Program-made: the position numbers and the translations under genes
In this document: one piece after another, positions 62,101-64,000 of the stretch
How the letters are laid out: each line of letters starts with the position of its first letter
How positions within the stretch are numbered: the first letter of the stretch is position 1
Origin: Heterodontus francisci
Taxonomy: Eukaryota
NCBI RefSeq assembly: GCF_036365525.1
Contig: NC_090404.1
Span: forward strand, 6,014,001 to 6,078,000
Direction of reading: 5' to 3'
Length of the DNA: 64,000 nucleotides
The notes under the pieces: model-generated
What the model saw: only the letters and a program-made list of their open reading frames with translations
The model's database searches: none
What the model was told of the DNA's origin: nothing

Positions 62101-62374
62101 ATATATTACTCTGACAAACTGCAATTTACAACTCCTGTTTAAGTTATAAGTAAATACAAGCTGCCATTCCTCTGTTTTAATCAGGAATATACCAATTAAT
62201 TCAAAAGTGCTCATCAAACTGAACACAGCGGTGGAATCAATGTCTTCTTGTTGAAATAATTTCAAGCTAAATTAAAAATTATCGCCAACCCAGAATTGTG
62301 AAAGGCGTTTAATGAATAATGAATCGATGTTAATATTGAAGCATATCTGTTTTCTTTTATTAGGAGATATTGCC
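56139..62374 (-). other. J-C intron of locus 2, homologous to locus 1 ~22110-28558
   Basis: Colinear shared blocks, e.g. GAAGTCGCTGGCAGTCAAA, AAATGACCTCCCACAATTCAGTA, GTTCTGATCTGATGGGAGGCTG. Confidence 0.88.
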
Positions 62375-62387
62375 ATATCTCCTAATA

Positions 62388-63365
62388 TGTTGTTTGTGAT
62401 ATACATTAATGATTTGGAGGAAAGTATAGGTGGTCTGATTAGCAAGTTTGCAGACGACACTAAGATTGGTGGAGTAGCAGATAGTGAAGGGGACTGTCAG
62501 AGAATACAGCAGAATATAGATAGATTGGAGAGTTGGGCAGAGAAATGGCAGATGGAGTTCAATCAGGGCAAATGCGAGGTGATGCATTTTGGAAGATCCA
62601 ATTCAAGAGTGAACTATACAGTAAATGGAAAAGTCCTGGGGAAAATTGATGTCCAGAGAGATTTGGGTGTTCAGGTCCACTGTTCCCTGAAGGTGGCAAC
62701 GCAGGTAAATAGAGTGGTCAAGAAGGCATACGGCATGCTTTCCTTCATCGGGCGGGGCATTGAGTACAAGAGTTGGCAGGTCATGTTACAGTTGTATAGG
62801 ACTTTGGTTCGGCCACATTTGGAATACTGCGTACAGTTCTGGTCGCCACATTATCAAAAGGATGTGGATGCTTTGGAGAGGGTGCAGAGGAGGTTCACCA
62901 GGATGTTGCCTGGTATGGAGGGCGCTAGCTATGAAGAGAGGTTGAGTAGATTAGGATTATTTTCATTAGAAAGACGGAGGTTGAGGGGGGACCTGATTGA
63001 GGTGTACAAAATCATGAGAGGTATAGACAGGGTGGACAGCAAGAGGCTTTTTCCCAGAGTGGGGGTTTCAATTACTAGAGGACACGAGTTCAAAGTGAAA
63101 GGGGAAATGTTTAGGGGGGATATGCGTGGAAAGTTCTTTACGCAGAGGGTGGTGGGCACCTGGAACGCGTTGCCAGCGGAGGTGGTAGACGCGGGCACGA
63201 TAGAGTCTTTTAAGATGTATCTAGACAGATACATGAATGGGCAGGAAGAAAAGAGATACAGAACCTTAGAAAATAGGCGACATGTTTAGAGAGAGGATCT
63301 GGATCGGCGCAGGCTTGGAGGGCCGAAGGGCCTGTTCCTGTGCTGTAATTATCTTTGTTCTTTGT
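62388..63365 (+). mobile_element. Young 5'-truncated CR1 (HER1-like) RT C-terminus with an uninterrupted frame of about 300 codons
   Basis: LFVIYINDLEE...KFADDTKIGG...RPHLEYCVQFWSP...QRVVGTWNALP; 3' tail TCTTTGTTCTTTGT. Confidence 0.93.
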
Positions 63366-63652
63366 CTTCTAATTCAAGTTTCCTTTGTTCCAATTGTATC
63401 TTTGCTAGCAGTACCCTGTCTGGGTCTGCTTCCAACACTGCTTCTGCTTCTAACACTGCTTCTGCTTCGTCAGATTCAAGGGAGAAATGGTTGGCCACTA
63501 GCCTAACGAGTTCAGACTTTCTAGCCTTGCCATGTACAGTGTTCCCACACTGCTCAGCCATTTTTCTCAACTCTTCTGTAGACATTGCTTTTAACTTATC
63601 CCAAGGTCCTTCACCCTGGCTTGGAGAGCTACTCGCTTCAGTGGCAGACATG
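63366..63652 (-). mobile_element. Gypsy/Gmr1-like LTR retrotransposon gag N-terminus (truncated); sequence to 64000 may be leader/LTR
   Basis: MSATE...LKAMSTEELRKMAEQCG...KARKSELVRLVANHF...LAKIQLEQRKLELE resembles fish Gmr1-type gag starts (recalled). Confidence 0.5.
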
Positions 63653-64000
63653 TTAGTATACAATAACACACATCCACAACCTGTATTGATTTGCTCTTTT
63701 TTGATAGGGATGAGATATTCAGAGTCCATGAGCACACGGCATTCTGCCTGGCAATTCCTTTGTTTGGGACTTCAAAAACTCTGCAATAGTCATGTGATCA
63801 AAACTGGTCTGACCATTTCTGTGTACTGGAGGAACGGTTATTGGCTCCCTTTGTTTCCACATTGTCTGGTACTATGCAAATGTCCTTCCAGTCAGACACT
63901 GCAATTTTTAAAGTTTTAATGTTCATGTGGCGATATAATGTGTGCCTCAGTCTTGGCAGGTGGCGTTTGCCTGGCACTATCCTCTTCACTACCAACTACA

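Noticed and set aside
62312-63289. 325-aa ORF as a host gene
   Set aside because: A CR1 RT fragment with a chance in-frame upstream ATG from intron sequence

Overview
Vertebrate (cartilaginous fish) genomic DNA. The C-region peptides closely match what I recall of horn shark (Heterodontus) IgM; the species is an inference from memory, not a search. The window holds two IgM heavy-chain miniloci in tail-to-tail orientation, embedded in CR1-group LINEs, SINEs, Penelope-like tails, Tx1-like L1 elements and minisatellites, with two decayed C2H2 zinc-finger remnants at the left and one 382-bp N gap. Locus 1 (+, about 19.3-40.4 kb) is complete: leader, VH, JH, Cmu1-4 with secretory tail, and TM exons. 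Its VH has no 23-RSS and runs in frame through 32 nt of junction/D-like sequence into a 12-RSS facing the JH 23-RSS, so it is a partially germline-joined VD(D)-J gene one RAG join from completion. Locus 1 also has a duplicated TM1 exon (upstream copy intact but divergent, TM2-proximal copy disabled) separated by a 66-bp minisatellite, and it lacks three cysteines present in the neighbouring paralog. Locus 2 (-, about 53.3-62.4 kb) has intact Cmu1-3 and a homologous J-C intron, but no Cmu4, secretory tail or TM exon. Both of its ends are retroelement-associated breakpoints.
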